A DNA stretch of 64,000 nt, taken from assembly GCA_964057225.1 (NCBI GenBank), contig OZ059898.1, positions 10,664,001-10,728,000 of the forward strand, read 5' to 3'. The position numbers and the translations under genes are program-made. The DNA comes from Auanema rhodensis. Lineage: Eukaryota; Animalia; Nematoda. This document shows, in pieces, positions 22,400 through 37,503 of this stretch. The notes under the pieces are model-generated. The model saw only the letters and a list, made by a program, of their open reading frames with translations. It made no database searches and had not been told where the DNA came from. The stretch's first letter is position 1. The number at the start of each line of letters is the position of its first letter.

Positions 22400-23148
22400 T
22401 AACAGCAACTATAACAATATTTTTAAAGATATTATTCATAGAAATCATTTTATTTTGATAGATTATGAAACGTGCTATACATTTTATGTTTTTAATTCTT
22501 TGAAATATAAATATTAATTTCAATTAAATGTCAACTGGAATTTCAATCGTACTAAAAAGTGAGAGGGGCAACGCTGCGGGACCAAATACGCCCACTTTAC
22601 ATGCTTTTCTGGACTTGATACTTTTTCATTTCCTTAACTGCAATATAGTTTTTTTCAGGTTTTTGAACTTCTTGAGACAAAAATCCTATTTTGATTATGT
22701 CATAAAGCAGGTAAAATACTTACACCTGTATAAAATTCATATAGTTACCAAGTGTACCGCCCGTCAAATGCAAAGCCAGGAATGTTAGTGTTATATAGAA
22801 ACTTTTAGTGAAATTTCTAGTGTGAGAGATTAACATTGATACCTTCGATCATTGCCTCAGATTATATGGCTTAATGTTTCTTGCTTTATTGCTGCCTTGT
22901 AATTAGAGTCATGCTTTCCTAACACGCAACCCATAATGCAACGGAAATTTCTTAATGGTCACGAGATTAACGCTTTTTGGAAATTGATGGACGGAGGAAA
23001 ATGCAAACCACTATCGTCTTTTAGATTATGAAGTCTCTTGCTTAGGCTGTTATATTTGTAACAAAATTTTGTTCTCTTATGAATTTATAGTTTATCCTAT
23101 ATTTTATATCATATAATAAAATTTTATGTTTCACAGTAGTTTTTTTAG

Positions 23149-25237
23149 ATGGGCTCAATGATTCCCAAAAAATCATGTCCAATTATGCTGCTAGTTAAGT
23201 TTTTACTCCAGGTTGTTTTTTTAGAAATATTTTAAAATATTAATGCTTCTAGGTTGTATTAACTTCTGCTTCTGGCAGCTCTAAAACAGTTGTCATTAAT
23301 ACGGAACCTAGTTATATACACGATTTAGTTGAAGGTAGCAGTCAGAATGTCCTGCTATCTGTTCAGCTATCCCAAGAAAATTTGAAACATGGAGAAAGTT
23401 GGCAAGTAAAATTCATGTAAGTAAAATATTTGTATCATAATTTGCTATGATTTATTAGGCCTATACGAAAATCTATTTATAAAATCTTGGACTTTAATCA
23501 TACGTTTGATTTACCTGCAAGCTCATTTCAGTATGATGAAAAAACAAAATACTATAACCTATCAGTATGATTCCCAAGCAATGTGTTTTATATTAAATAT
23601 TTTTTCTGCAGACACCTATCGAATTAACAGGTTATCGCTTGGGGAAAGAAGCCTATATTGTTCATCTGATCAGAGCAGATTATTCCGGAAACGACTCCTC
23701 GGTAACCTAATCATCCCATCATATGTTGAAGTGTTAATATTTAGATGATGGAATATCTATCGGATCAGACTTTTGATGTTTGGGTTCGTCGTGGGCCTGA
23801 TTCGGAAAGACTGACATATTACTTTGTTACATGTCTTGCAATCCTTGTTACTGTAGCCAATATTATGATGGGTTGTGAAGTAAGATTTTATAAGATTTTT
23901 TAAAGCTAATTTTGAAAAATAAGATTGATTTGAAAATCGTTATGTCAACAATACGACGGCCTTTGGCTCCATTCATTGGATTTTTGACGCAATTCATAAT
24001 AATGCCTTTAGTAAGTATCAAACTGATTTGTTTAAATTATATATTTTTCTACTCAGCTTGCTTATGGAATTGCTATCTTTGTATTTATACCCAAAGGTCT
24101 GCCTTCTATGGCTCTGGGTATTTTCGTCACAGGATGTTCACCAGGTTGTTGGATTTCTTAAATATGCTTATTATCTATTCAGGAGGCGGAGCTTCTAATT
24201 ATTGGACATTATTGCTGGGTGGAAATGTAAATTTATCCGTTACTATGACATTTATTTCTACTGTCCTCTCCTTTAGTAATATGATATAGATTTTAATATT
24301 CTGCTAATGTTTTGATTTTAGTCATGATGCCTTTATGGCTTTCTTGGCTTGGAACTCATTTTCTTAATGGATTATCGTCTCAGGCGTCAATGAAAGTTCC
24401 CTACGGTATAGATTCGAGATTAATTTTTTCTAATCACATAATTACTTCTTTACAACTCATTATGATTTCCAGCTAATATTATTCGCTCTTTGCTTGTTCT
24501 TGTTGTACCTTTATTAGTTGGGGTTGGCATTCAAAAATTTATACCTTCTTGGGCTCTACGTTTGAGACAGGTAATTTCGTATTAGTTCGTGCGGAAATTT
24601 TTTACTTTCAAGGTCATGCGTCCCTTTATAATTTTTCTCTTCGTTTTTGTTGTTATTTTTGGAAGTGCTACAAGTTTATACATGTTTTACATTATGTCAT
24701 GGCCTGCTGTATTTGGGTATGTGACTAATTCATGAAATGGATGAACCACTTTTGATTATAGTGGTCTTCTTCTACCATGGTGTGGGTTCATGTTTGGATG
24801 TTTTGCGTCCATTCTCTTCCGCCAATCACCTAATGATGTCACTGCCATCGCTATAGAGACCGGAATTCAGAATACAGGAGTTTCTATTCTCTTACTAAAG
24901 GTATCTTCGATCTTCGATCTTAAATCTATTTACTTGTTTAACCAATTAGGCTTCGTTTGAACAACCGGATGGTGACATAGGGTCAGTGATTCCTGTGATT
25001 GTTGCTTGTTTTACTCCCATTCCACTTCTACTGGGAGCGGCTGTACATACAACTTTGAAAATGTTCAAAAAACGTCGACAAACGGTATGTATCAGAAATT
25101 AGTTTTTACATCTTATCATGTGTTTATTTTAGATAGTGGACTGTGAAGTGCAGAAAGAAGCTTCAGTTGAAATGCTAGCACTACCATCGGCTTCAATAAC
25201 GAAAAGCGACACGCATATCAAGCAAGATCTTGCATAA
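23149..25237 (+). CDS. SLC10 sodium/bile-acid symporter family transporter
   Basis: MMGCE..RRPLAPFIGFLTQFIIMPL..GCSPGGGASNYWTLLLGGNVNLSVTMTFIST..TAIAIETGIQN. Confidence 0.88.
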
Positions 25238-25440
25238 CTTCAGAGCTTATGTCTATCAGAGAAGAATTAGAACAGCATAATAATTATCTCAATAGACACA
25301 ATTATTCTCATTTCGGGTTCCATTTCATATTAGAACATATCTGTATTAGATGTATTTTATTCCATAGTTCTATCTAGCATGAATAGTTATAATTTCTATG
25401 AACAAGACAAAAAAACGTAACAAAGTAACAAAGTAAGAAG

Positions 25441-27719
25441 CTAATGAATATTCAATAAAGAGGCAGCCTTTCGTTTTGCTTCAATGATAGCTTTCATTCT
25501 GAAGACCCCATCCAAAAGAGGGAAGTCAATCGAGTCGTCAAAAGTGCTTTCGGCACTGAGGAGAAGTTCAGAAATCAAATTGAAAGAGTCTCTTAATTTA
25601 ATGCTACAGTAGGTTAAGAAAATTAATACATACCCAGCCCTTAACGTAGATTCCAAATTGTCTAGACGGAGACTGGCAAGCATTAGATTGGCTTCTGCAT
25701 GATTAGGCTCAATTTCCAAACAACGTTGCAAGTATTCCATAGCATCATCACGATCCTTACCCATACATCTGAAAAATTTTCAACTTATGAGCAACAAACA
25801 ATTTACAGTGCTTGTAAATAACTCATAGGTCGGTATTAATTTAACCTGGTTACAAGATTCGACAACTATATAAGACTGTCAAATAAAGATTCCAGGTGAG
25901 TATCGAACCAAGAACCATCTGATCCGATGGAGGACTTTTGCTCTAGGCCAAAGGGTACACATAACGAACAAACATACCCTCTATCAAAAAATAAAATAGA
26001 TACACGGGGATACTGTTTTATCAAATCATCCATGATTTCACGAGCAGCTTCTTCATTCCCAAAACTGGCATACACCTAAACATTTTTTTAAAAGGTTGTA
26101 ATATTTTCCATTATTTCAACCTTAGCAAGAAGGGTTTTACTGAATGTACTTTTTTTTTCTAGACCATTACAGAAATCTTCTAAGGCTTTAATAGTCTTGA
26201 TTAAAGAAGCAGGGTCTTGTCCAGCTGTACCATTCATAATACACAAGGTAAAGGTTAAAAGCCTAAAAGAATATTTTGGCTAATATCAGTATAGAAATAA
26301 TACTGTATATTATCATTAGTGATCCCTTCCGTAGTGAGAAGTTTCAAAGCCTCCTCCCTCTCATCAGCTAGAACTAGACGGAAAGCTGCAGTACAATAAA
26401 AGTCAGGATTACGAGTATTGGTGGCTACTGCATTAAAGAAAGCCCTATAAACAAAATAACTTAAAATTATTAAAGTTAGAAAGCTACTTTAGTATATCAT
26501 CTTTTGTAGAAGCTAATTCCAAACAAACAACATGCTTTGATGCTGCGAGAGAAGATTTGATATCTTTCTGAACGCTATCAAGCTTCTCCCATTCTTCGTC
26601 AAAAAGACCCAAACATCTTTGTGCCTGAATATTATTCAATGTTATACTCGATGAAATAATTTTCAAAATTACATCTTCCTTCAAATTCTGGTAAGTGTAG
26701 AAACGTGCGGCAAGAAGTAATGCTTCCAATCTATTTTCGCCTTCTTCTTTCTCAGCTTGTTCAGCGACCTCGTCATATTTTTGATCAGCAATCAAAGAAA
26801 GTGCCTTGCCGTATTGACTATAATTAAGAACACCACTGCAAGTATGACACTCGAAAATTCAAAAACCTGCTAGTTTTCCTGTCCCATCCAAGAACAAGCG
26901 AGCGGATAGGGTCATCGACCACAGTTTTATAAAGCCAAGTGTAAACCTGAATTATATCATAATGAAGAGAGTATCTAGGGGGGTTATACCCGTTCGTGAC
27001 GAATTATTTTTTTGGAACCTTTTTTAGTAGTGTTTGTCCATTCAGCTCTATAAACACTTTCTAAATGTTCTAAAATTTTGTAAAGAATTCCAGTAGCATC
27101 TTTAGAAAAATTGGCATCCAAATGTGAAGCACAAAATACACCTAGTAAAGGAGAATGAGATATAATCTATACTCTATTTAAACTTGTTAAAGATTCCTTC
27201 CACTCCTGAAGTTGGAATAGTAGACGGGCTTTTCTCCAAAAGGCTTTTCCATATTCAGGATTGCATTCTATAGCCTTATTGCAATCTTCTAACATATCTT
27301 GAGAGGAATACGAACCTACTCTCTAGAAATTCATAAGATCAAGGCCATAATCATTAAACCAAACCTCCTTAGCTGCAGCTCTGTTTTGATAGCATATCGA
27401 CATCAAATGTTTATCTTGGCATTTTTGAATAGCTTCGGTGAAAGCCTTAATTAAAATATTTTATCATCGTAACGAAAAAAAAATCACCTCAACAGCTTCA
27501 GCATACTTTTTATCAGAAAAATACGCGTTACCTAATTGTTTTAGATCTTCACTTTTCATAGGCTTCTTATTTAGCTAAAAACACGAGTGTTTCAAAAAAA
27601 CCATAATCTACTTTCAGAATTACCTTTTTTGATATTAAATAACCCAATCCAATAGCCCCAACGCCGACAGCAGCAGCTAAAGCTATTTTCTTTGGAAGCT
27701 GAGAATTATCAGACGACAT
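25441..27719 (-). CDS. tomm-70: TOM70-like mitochondrial import receptor (N-terminal anchor + TPRs)
   Basis: N-terminal TM ALAAAVGVGAIGLGYLI, then LKQLGNAYFSDKKYAEAVEAF...CYQNRAAA..DCNKAIECNPEYGKAFWRKA TPRs. Confidence 0.75.
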
Positions 27720-27842
27720 CTGAAAACCATGCATTTATTAAAAATAAGTTTAAAATATGAGAAACTAGAAGAATTTGATTATATTGCTAAAAATTAATTC
27801 AGAAGTCTTAAAATTAGTTTGATTTTTTAAAAATTAGTCCTA

Positions 27843-27861
27843 GCGCGAAAGGATGTTTGAA
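27843..27861. promoter_or_regulatory. E2F-like site plus CHR-like element in the ~300-bp divergent tomm-70/usp-14 promoter
   Basis: GCGCGAAA followed by TTTGAA. Confidence 0.3.
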
Positions 27862-28017
27862 TTTTCTTGGAGTTGAATTTTGTCATCTCGTCTGCTGTAC
27901 ATCCCCACCCTGATCAAAAAATAGATCTTTTCACTATAACAAATTTTATAAGATGTCTTTGTTCACGTAATTTAGATACGTTGTTATAAATTTGAATTAT
28001 TTAAGCAAATTCTAAAT

Positions 28018-30018
28018 ATGCCTTGTATCATCGTTAAATGGGGTAAGGAAAAACTGAATGTCCATGTTGATACTAATGAATCTCCGCTTGTGTTCAAATC
28101 TCAGTTGTTCGCCTTGACTAGTGTACCTCCCGATAGGCAAAAAATTGTTATTAAAGTATGTCATTTTTTAAATATAAGTTATTCTATGACTTCAGGGTAA
28201 AACACTATCGGACGAATCGTGGAATGGTATCACCCTGACTGCTGGTGCTATGATAATGATGATGGGGAGGTTCGCAAATTTCTTTTTTGTTTTGTTATAT
28301 TTGAGTCTTCAGCGCCGAAGCTGTTCTGGAAGCTCCTAAACTAGAAGTCTCTCTAGCTGGGCCAGGTGTTCAGGGAGAAAATGGTACAACTATTCGATTA
28401 GTCCGTGGTATAAAAAATCTTGGAAATACCTGCTACATGAATTCAGTAGTTCAAAGTTTTTTGGTAGTGAATATCTTTGGTGATTTTTTTACAAATTTAT
28501 TTTCAGAATATTCGGGAAGTCGGAAATGCTTTGGAACGTTACAAACATGCTAATCCTCAGGTATCATCAGGTATCGTAATTTATTTATGTACCAGAATAT
28601 TTTCAATAATTAAGAAGAAATAACTATGGCGCTTAAACATATGTATGGAGAATTAAATAGATCTGAAACAAGCTGTGTGATTCCGCTGACTATGCTTCAT
28701 GTAATTTTTCATCTATTAAATTCAATTTTTTTTCGCTTCAGTCATTGCACAAAGCTATGCCTCAATTTGCTGAGAGAACAAACACTGGTGTATTTGAGCA
28801 ACAAGATGCTAACGAATGCTATGTTGAGCTTCAACGTTTGTGTTTGAAAGGATTGAAGGGTACGAATAACTATATCCTATTTAAAATTTGAATATCATAG
28901 ATTCTGGTATCAATATTGAAAAGTATTTCAAAGGTCAATTTGTTGTATCACAAAAATGTGTTGAAAGTACAGAAGAACCTGAGCAGTGTTCCGTAGAAGA
29001 TTTTTTCCAGGTCAGACATACCCAATGTTAAACAATTTCAGTATTCCTTTAGTTATCTTGCTTTTTGTCTCCTCAAGTGAAGTACTTGCAATCTGGTATT
29101 AAAGAGAAATTGACAGAAGAAATCACAAAAAATTGTTCTCGTCTTTCTCGTGATGCAAAGTGGATAAGAAAAGTAGTCGATAAATATATTTCCGATATTA
29201 TATTTTTATGTACAGGCAGCCATTGATCGTTTGCCTGCTTATTTATCTGTGCAGATGGTTAGATTTTTTTATAAGGAATCTTCTCAGGTGAATTTATCGT
29301 ATCATTCCCATTGCATTTTTTCTATTCAGACCAGTGCTAAGATTTTGAAGGATGTCAAATTCCCAATGTCTCTTGATATGTACGATATGTGCTCACCTGA
29401 TCTCCAAGCCAAGCTTCGCCCTCAGCGTGAAGCTGTAAAGGTATGAATTGGAGTTTGAGAAAAATATTATTGGTACACTTTAGCTTGAAGAGGATGCTAA
29501 AATTGAAAAGATGAGACAGATTAAGATGGATGAAAAAAAACATATTTCTGATGTCAAAGCAAGTTATAGATCTAAGTTCAGTTTGAATTTCGTTATTAAG
29601 GATAAGGATTATGAAGAACTACCTTTTTCTTTTTCGGATGATGAAGGAAGTAACAATTCTGGATTCTACGAATTACAGGTTTTTTATTATATTAGTATAT
29701 AAATGTGTTATTGGGTAGGCTGTCATTACACATAAAGGACGAGCATCTAACGGTGGGCATTATGTTGCTTGGATTCGAATAGATGATAAGTGGGTAGTTT
29801 GTGACGATGAAGAAGTTCAAATTGTTACTCCAGAGCAGGTAAATTCGTATAAGTTTAATTCTACATTTTGTGTTCAGGTGTTAAATCTCTCAGGAGGAGG
29901 TGATTGGCATACAGCTTACGTACTCGTATATGGTCCACGTGTGGTACGCAAATATCATGATATGTCAAATTTAGAAAATACACCAATCTCTGAACATAAT
30001 GTAATGAACATAGACTAA
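28018..30018 (+). CDS. usp-14: Ubiquitin carboxyl-terminal hydrolase 14
   Basis: UBL VKWGKE..FKSQLFALTSVPPDRQK; GIKNLGNTCYMNS; QQDANEC; HKGRASNGGHYVAW; LSGGGDWH. Confidence 0.96.
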
Positions 30019-30181
30019 AGTGTGTTTCATATTTGCAATAATAACAATGACATTATTTATTATGCTTGTTATGTATTAAATTAAATTAAATTAAAGTCAT
30101 TCTGATACCTGTAATTATCACCTTGTGTACTGTATGCGGTTTTACTTTTTCATTAATTAAATGTTATAAAATGCTTTCAGA

Positions 30182-31337
30182 ATGAATGTTACATTAGATA
30201 AAGATGGTTGGTGGGATACTGCCCAGAAAGAGAAAAAATGGTGGCATGCTATAGCTAAACAGATTTTAATAAATGGCCCTGTCAGAACGTTGTTGTTAAT
30301 TGCTTGTATTCACATTGATTTCAGATGCCAAGGCATGTGGCATTTGTTATGGACGGAAATCGACGATATGCGAAAGTTAATAAATTGGGAAGTGTTTTAA
30401 ATGGTCACGAAAAAGGTTTTCAACAATTAGCTAAAGTAGATTTGTAAATTTGGGCTCAAAGTATAATAATTTTTTTCTAAGATTTTGGAATGGTGTCAAG
30501 ATTTCGGTATTCATGAAGTAACTGTGTATGCATTCAGCATTGAAAATTTTAAACGTAGTGCTGAAGAAGTTAATGGTCTTATGAATCTTGCAGAGGAAAA
30601 ATTTGGGCGTTTGCTCGGAGAGAGGTTTTAAAGTGAAAAATAAATTTGTTCTGAAGTTTCGTTCAGAACTAAAATGGAAGAAAAGCAGATTTCCTTCAGA
30701 TTCTTTGGTAATTTGGATCTACTTTCTGATAATTTAAGAAAGCTGGTATTAGAGATTCAAGAAGCTACGCAGCATTACACCAAGTATTTCATTCTTGAAT
30801 TCAGAATAATATTTCTGTTACAGAGGTATAGTAAATGTATGCATGCCTTACACTTCTCGAGACGAAATATCACGTGCATTTGAGCAGATTCATGTTGGTG
30901 TGCGAGAGGTAGTTTCAGAATATAAAATCTTTAAAATTCGTTTAAAGGGGAAAATTCAAGTAGAAGATATTACTGAATCTTTGATATCGTCATGCTTAGA
31001 TAGTAAAAATGGATCTTATCCAGATTTACTTGTACGAACAAGTGGAGAGCATCGCTTGAGTGATTTTATGCTTTGGCAGGTTTGTCGTATTATTATAGCT
31101 AGGCCTTAGTTGTTTTTATTAAGTGCTCTAATGCTCATATTTATTTCGATGAAGTTTTGTGGCCCGAGTTTAATTTTGTCAACTTTGGGCGAGCAATTAT
31201 TTCTTACCAATTTCACTATTCTTCTATACAGGTATACTTTTTAAAATCTTTTTTAAAATACAATATTTAGATCATTTTAGAAAATTAAGAAGAATGAAAA
31301 CAATTTTGATATACCTAGTCAACTAGTTTCTTTGTGA
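30182..31337 (+). CDS. DHDDS: Dehydrodolichyl diphosphate synthase (cis-prenyltransferase)
   Basis: [55 protein letters not shown]. Confidence 0.93.
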
Positions 31338-31414
31338 TATTTTGATTTTATTTAAGTATTGTATTAGATTTCAATGAAGATTAAATTAGAAATATCGTAT
31401 TCATAAATGTTTTA

Positions 31415-33318
31415 TTAATGAACTGGTGTCTGTTTATGTGCTAAATATAAGAACATAATACTTGAAAGCGCCGATATCAGAAAAATAACATCAAACCATC
31501 GGTGATAAAAGTTAAATTGAAGATCACCTAATACTTGCGTGATGATAATTCTAAGATATTATTTTCAAGTAGAAGCATAAGTGAAACTAACCTATACTCG
31601 TGAGGCATATTCATGCGTATTAGTAAGACACTAGAAACAAAATACATACCCTAAAACAAAAATTGATTAAAATGATATTAAACTTTAATCTCGCCATTAT
31701 TTGTGCCAATAATAAAACTATTATATTAGAAGACTTGGTACTAGAAATAGCAAGAAAAAATTTTGTTAATGTGATAAGAAGGCCGCGAATCGACGTGACA
31801 GCAATAACACCAATCAGTGTGAAAGAAATATGCTGAGACCAAAACCGTACCTGAAATTATAAACATTTTAATGTTAAAATGATTAAATTTCCTTACATCC
31901 AAGTCAATACCCATCCAATGAACTCCAATTTCGATACCCTTAGTAACTGGATCCACTTTACCTACTCGATCAAAAACTATGTTAATTGTGCAAATAAATA
32001 TTTTCCAAATGCAATAAACAGAGAAAAAGTGGCCCAAAACATTAAAATACTTTCCCATCCACGTTTTACTGTATTCAATACGATCCTAAAGTGATGGTAC
32101 AGCCGACATGTTTGAAAAAGCTCATACCGCCATGTTTTTCAGTTCCACCAATTCTAAGAAAAGGTGTCGACTTAATTCTTCCAAACTTGAAACTTCCAGA
32201 TTAAGTTGTCTGAAATTAAAAAATGCAAAAAGGTAGTGAAACACAACATGAATATAGTACTTTATTTGATCAGTAGAAGAAAGACTACTAGTCACGCTGG
32301 AAACAGATCCCCAGATTCTATTTAAAAAACCCTGATCTTCTTTGCCTAGAAAACATAATTCTCATTAACTATAAATATAAAAAATCAAGACCTCTAGAAA
32401 AGGCGCTAAGAGCCACGTCTTTTTCGTGTTGAGCTACACGTCGCATTTTAGAGGCAATCATTTCTAAGGTTTGAATTAGTTTCCGCTCCATTTGAGTTAT
32501 AGCAGATTGATCAACCTGAAAAAACTTTATCAATAACATAGTGGGCAATATCAACTTTTCTAGTAAAGATAGTCATACAAGTATAGGGAGCATTGACAGC
32601 TCCAAAACCCGAGAGCACTGCCATTACAGTAACTCCAAAAACTCCAATACGTGATATGGCTTGTTCAATTGTGAATATACCTGGAGTGATTTCAATAAAT
32701 CAACAATAAGCAGATACTCACCATGTTTAGCACTCAAAATAGGGAAAGGATCCCCCAATTTCCAAAAGAAATATATAAAAATTAACCAAAAAAGAAAAGT
32801 CAGAGGCATTATTGCTCGTTGGCGAACTGAATGAACAGAAATATGTGGAGTGCAATACTGTTCTACCCACCAAAAGGAATACTGCGAAGTAATGAATAGG
32901 ATACATAAATAGGTAGTGCTACAATTAAATCAATTAATATTAAGCTTAAGCAAAGTTTCCAAGATAAAAATCGTGACCTGTAACAATCTATTATTTCTAT
33001 TGCCAAATGTTACCACACCTTGAGTTCATCACATCCATAATTTCAAAAATAATAAGCTCAAACATTGTACAAGATAAAGAAAAAGTTATTGAAAATGCAA
33101 GTTGAACACCCCTGTGTAAAGCTAATATAGGCAACCTAAGGACATAAATAATATACCGATTATGAACTTCATAGTTTTTGAATAATTGCTTCATGAAGAA
33201 CAGCCAACCACAGACAAAAAACAAAATCTGAATAAATATAAGTTTCGTAAGAAATAGCATAATATATCAATAAATTCACTTGTGATACAAAAATAACTCC
33301 GACATCATGACTGTCCAT
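31415..33318 (-). CDS. GPR89: Golgi pH regulator
   Basis: [76 protein letters not shown]. Confidence 0.93.
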
Positions 33319-33561
33319 TTGTGTTATATCTATGAAAGCAACTTCATATCCATTCCTTTAACTTTATGATATTTCCCGATATTACGGTGGAATTTCTTCG
33401 AAAAAATATTTACTATACATAAATGATATACTTCATTTTCCCAAAAACATTAATATTTATGCACAACCTTCACCCATTAGTATGATATGAAAATAATTGG
33501 AAATATATACAATAAGAAAAAGTAAGTATTAATTCACTAAGTATAGTTATAGACGTTAATA

Positions 33562-35534
33562 CTATTCATTTCCTTCCTCATCGGCATTATTCGTACTCTC
33601 TAATAAACTATTACTTGACTGACGTCCAGAAACCCCAGTAACCAATCGTTTGTTTTGAACAATAATATCAACCTAACGTTTAAATTGCTCAAAATTGATT
33701 AAGATAAGAAAAAAACCTCTTCAACACTTAGCCCTATAGTTGGACTCGGAGTTTTTGAACAAGCATTAGATAATACTGGCGTTTCCTAAATTAAGAAAAA
33801 ATAAGAAATATTAATAATAACTGAACAAACTTTAACCATAGATTCTTTAAAAGTATACGCTTGCAGTTCAATTCCATCTGGAGATTCAACAACATCTTTT
33901 TGTTGGAGAGTATTCTGCAATATCATATTCATTAGATAAATAAGATTTTTAGAAAATTGAATTTTCAAGCTTCTAAAAAAGGCTGCAAATAAAATTTACA
34001 TAGGCAAAAAATGATGAAAAGTATTATCCGCACCTGAATAACAGGGTCTATTAAGGTAGTTTGGCCAGAAGAATTAGGATAATTTCTATCAAACGAAACT
34101 TGTTGAGAACCATTCAATCCTTCCACTAACGTAATTGTTTCGAACCTGAAACTACAATTATGGGGGGAGGGAAGATGTGAATAGAGACCCTTGGTTACGA
34201 GTTTGCCGTTTTGCTTTAAGTTGAATAAGAGCACGGAAAGGTGAACGACAAATAGGACAATTGTTAAGCTTAAACGAAATTAATTAAAATTGTATGCACC
34301 TTAAAAACATACTTTGTATCTTAAAGTATCAGCACAATTAGTACATATACATAAATGACGGCAAGGTAATATAACCGTATCACGAACATCACTCATGCAT
34401 ATAATACATTCTAAACCTCCTTCATCTCCTAAATCCAAATGTTGTTCCTTATTTTCGATTCCGAAAATTTCCTAAACAAAGTTTCAACAAGTTTTATAAT
34501 TTTTAATAGTACTTGAAGTAAATAAATTACTCCATCACAGGCAATTTTTTGACGCAGAGCTTTTAGAATAACCATATTACCGACTTCGTTTGCAGGCTAA
34601 AACTAATGTAAATTTTTCATTAATTCAAAAAAAAAAGATATACCTCTATAGTGCACATGGTGGTTTGAACTTGAACTCTTTCTATTCCATCAGTCTGGAC
34701 TAGAATAACCAAAGGAAAATAAACTCCTCCTTTATACTGAAGCTAGAAAAGATTTCTTAAGGTTTGTTTAAATCATGTTTCAAACTTCGTTTAAATCCCA
34801 TTGCGAAAGATCAAACACATAATTGTTGAATAGTTGATCACATCCCATATCAAAGTGAAAACGTTCCGAATGATTCATCCGATCTATCAAGGTTTTCTTA
34901 GTAGCATAATTGAAACTAAAAGGGAATATTTAAACAAAGCATACACATAAGAACCACTAACTTAATATCACCCTCGTGATAAAATTCACGAGCATTAAAA
35001 TGTATCTGTACAAAACAAGGGCACTCGGCATCAATTGTAAATTCTAATTGAAAAAGCGAAGAGTCAGTTGAATCGTTTTTCAAACTGAAAAAAAAAATAA
35101 TTAAGAACTATTGTAAGCTTCATAAATACCGAACAAATTTAACAGATTCCTTTCTGATATTAACTAGAAGATTAAGAGGACGAACTTCACTACTTCCTAC
35201 AGGCGAATGATAAGGAAACTGAAAATAATAGTGCTTCAACCGTTGAAAGAAATACCAACCGGAACGGGACGATTTCCTAAAAGCTCCAAGTCTGAGTTTT
35301 CACCAAATAGAAAAGCTTCTGGTTTCGCAAAGCCAAAACTTTCTCCACACATTAAGAAATGCGAGCCAAATATGGAACCTATATGTTCAATATAAATATT
35401 TTGTTGATATGGAATGATTGATCTAAACCTGCAGGACCAGGTATAGTTAGCTCTTCAGGTTCCTCCTCGCCATTTTCGGCATGATCTTGTCTTCTATTGA
35501 ACACCTCATTAATTCTGCTAATGGTAAGACCCAT
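33562..35534 (-). CDS. MGRN1: Mahogunin/RNF157-type RING E3 ligase
   Basis: MG N-terminus; FGSHFLMCGESF...EAFLFGENSDLELLG; YLLQEIFGIENK; ECIICMSDVRDTVILPCRHLCICTNCADTLRY..NNCPICRSPF. Confidence 0.9.
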
Positions 35535-36318
35535 TCAGTACTAAAAATACACTTTAAAAAAGAACAACGCAAATTAACACCTTAAGTGTTTTATTATCTT
35601 CAACAAACCGTTGGCTTGGTTACTCAAATAAATACATCAGACTCTATAAAACGTTCAAATCACCAAACTGCTAAAAAATACTAATATAAAACAATAAATT
35701 AATTTACACATAACAAAATCAGAAAAAAAAGATTATTTAGTAAACAGAGAACAATTGACAGGCACAATATCGTACAAATCAGCCAATTTGTATCAATGCA
35801 GGCGTCAGAACTGAAATAGCATACGCACTTTAATAATTTATCAATTTTTGTGTGGACGAATTGTATTCAATCCTTTAAAAAGTATGTTTTTGCGCAAATT
35901 TCATTCGTAGTAAATACATCGAATAAAGTTCTGACAGTGTGATGTTGCTGATGTTCTCAAAGGTTTAGCTTCATTGTACTTTGTGCTTTTCTTAAACCCA
36001 ATACATATATAATGTTCACATATTTTCTTAGTATTCAATTTGGGAAAACATATTCTAATTAAAGTGGCTTCTGTTATTTTATTAAATCTAATCAGAGTTA
36101 TTCAAATAATGTATATATTTGTATATATTTTTAAATGCAAAATACATAGCCAAATGTAGAATAGTTTTCAGTCTTTCAAACTTTGTAACGTAAGTCCTTT
36201 CTTCTTTGGTTCTTTAATCATCTGGCATTTGTGTGTTAACCCTTCTCTGTGTTTTCTGCTCATTATGAGTCAACAGCAAGTTGTTATCTTCTTATGGTTC
36301 GATTTTTCAGGTGGTACG

Positions 36319-37503
36319 ATGTTAGTTAAATTTGCATCTAGTTTTGGAAGATTAAGTGCTCGCACTTGTAACCCAGGAATCCAGCACGCATTCATGTCTT
36401 CAGGTAATATATGCTTTTATCGTATATTTGTTCCTTGAATTGACCATTCTCTAAATTTATTGTTTAGCACCTGAAATGATCAAGATCGAGAAAGTGGGCA
36501 AAAATAAAAATGTTGCTCTTATCACTCTTAACCGACCGAAGGCCCTGAATGCTCTTTGTAACCAGTTGATGACTGAAGTAGCAATATATTATTCAAAATT
36601 TTAATAAGTAAGAATTATTCTAGCTCTCACATTCTCTAAAAAATCTTGACGATGATAAGGATGTCGGAGCTATTGTTATCACTGGAAGTAACAGGGCATT
36701 TGCTGGTTTGTTTCGCATTAGCCACACTATTTAGTTTATGTGGTTTAGCTGGAGCTGATATTAAAGAAATGGTTGATCGCAAGTTTGCTTCAACTTTCGC
36801 TGGAAGATTCTTAGAAGAATGGACCGCCGTCAGCGAAACTGCTAAGCCTGTTATAGCAGCTGTTAATGGGTACTTGAGTATTTGAAAATGAATTTGAAAT
36901 TAAAATTGCAGCTTTGCGTTAGGTGGTGGATGCGAATTGGCTATGATGTGTGATATTATTTATGCTGGAGATAAAGCGCAATTCGGTCAGCCAGAGATTA
37001 ATATTGGAACTATCCCCGGTACCCTGATAAAATATTTTGAAAATCAAGTTAATGTTTCAGGAGCCGGAGGCACTCAACGATGGGCTCGTGCTGCTGGAAA
37101 ATCCATGGCTATGGAAGTCTGTTTGACTGGAAATAGGGTTACTGCGCAGGAAGCCAAAGAGTGTGGAATAGTCAGCAAAGTCTTTCCAGCCGAGCAAGTG
37201 GTTGAAGAAGCTGTTAAGCTAGGCGAGAAAATTTCGGAACAATCTCCTCTTATTGTCCAGATGGCTAAGGTGATTCCTAATCTAATTATTGTAAATATAT
37301 AAACTAATTACAGGAGGCTGTTAATGCAGCCTATGAAAACACTCTTCGAGAGGGTTTAAAGTATGAGCGAAGACTTTTCCATACTACTTTCGCTACTGTA
37401 AGTGAATTGATTTGACATTGTAAGTTTTTTTTTCCAGGATGATCGTAAGGAAGGCATGACTGCTTTTTCTGAAAAGAGAGCTCCAAAATGGACTTCTTCT
37501 TAG
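36319..37503 (+). CDS. ech-6: Mitochondrial enoyl-CoA hydratase (ECHS1)
   Basis: [71 protein letters not shown]. Confidence 0.93.

Noticed and set aside
23040-23048. Single GCTTAGGC telomere-like word
   Set aside because: Isolated short match expected by chance; not palindromic or tandem
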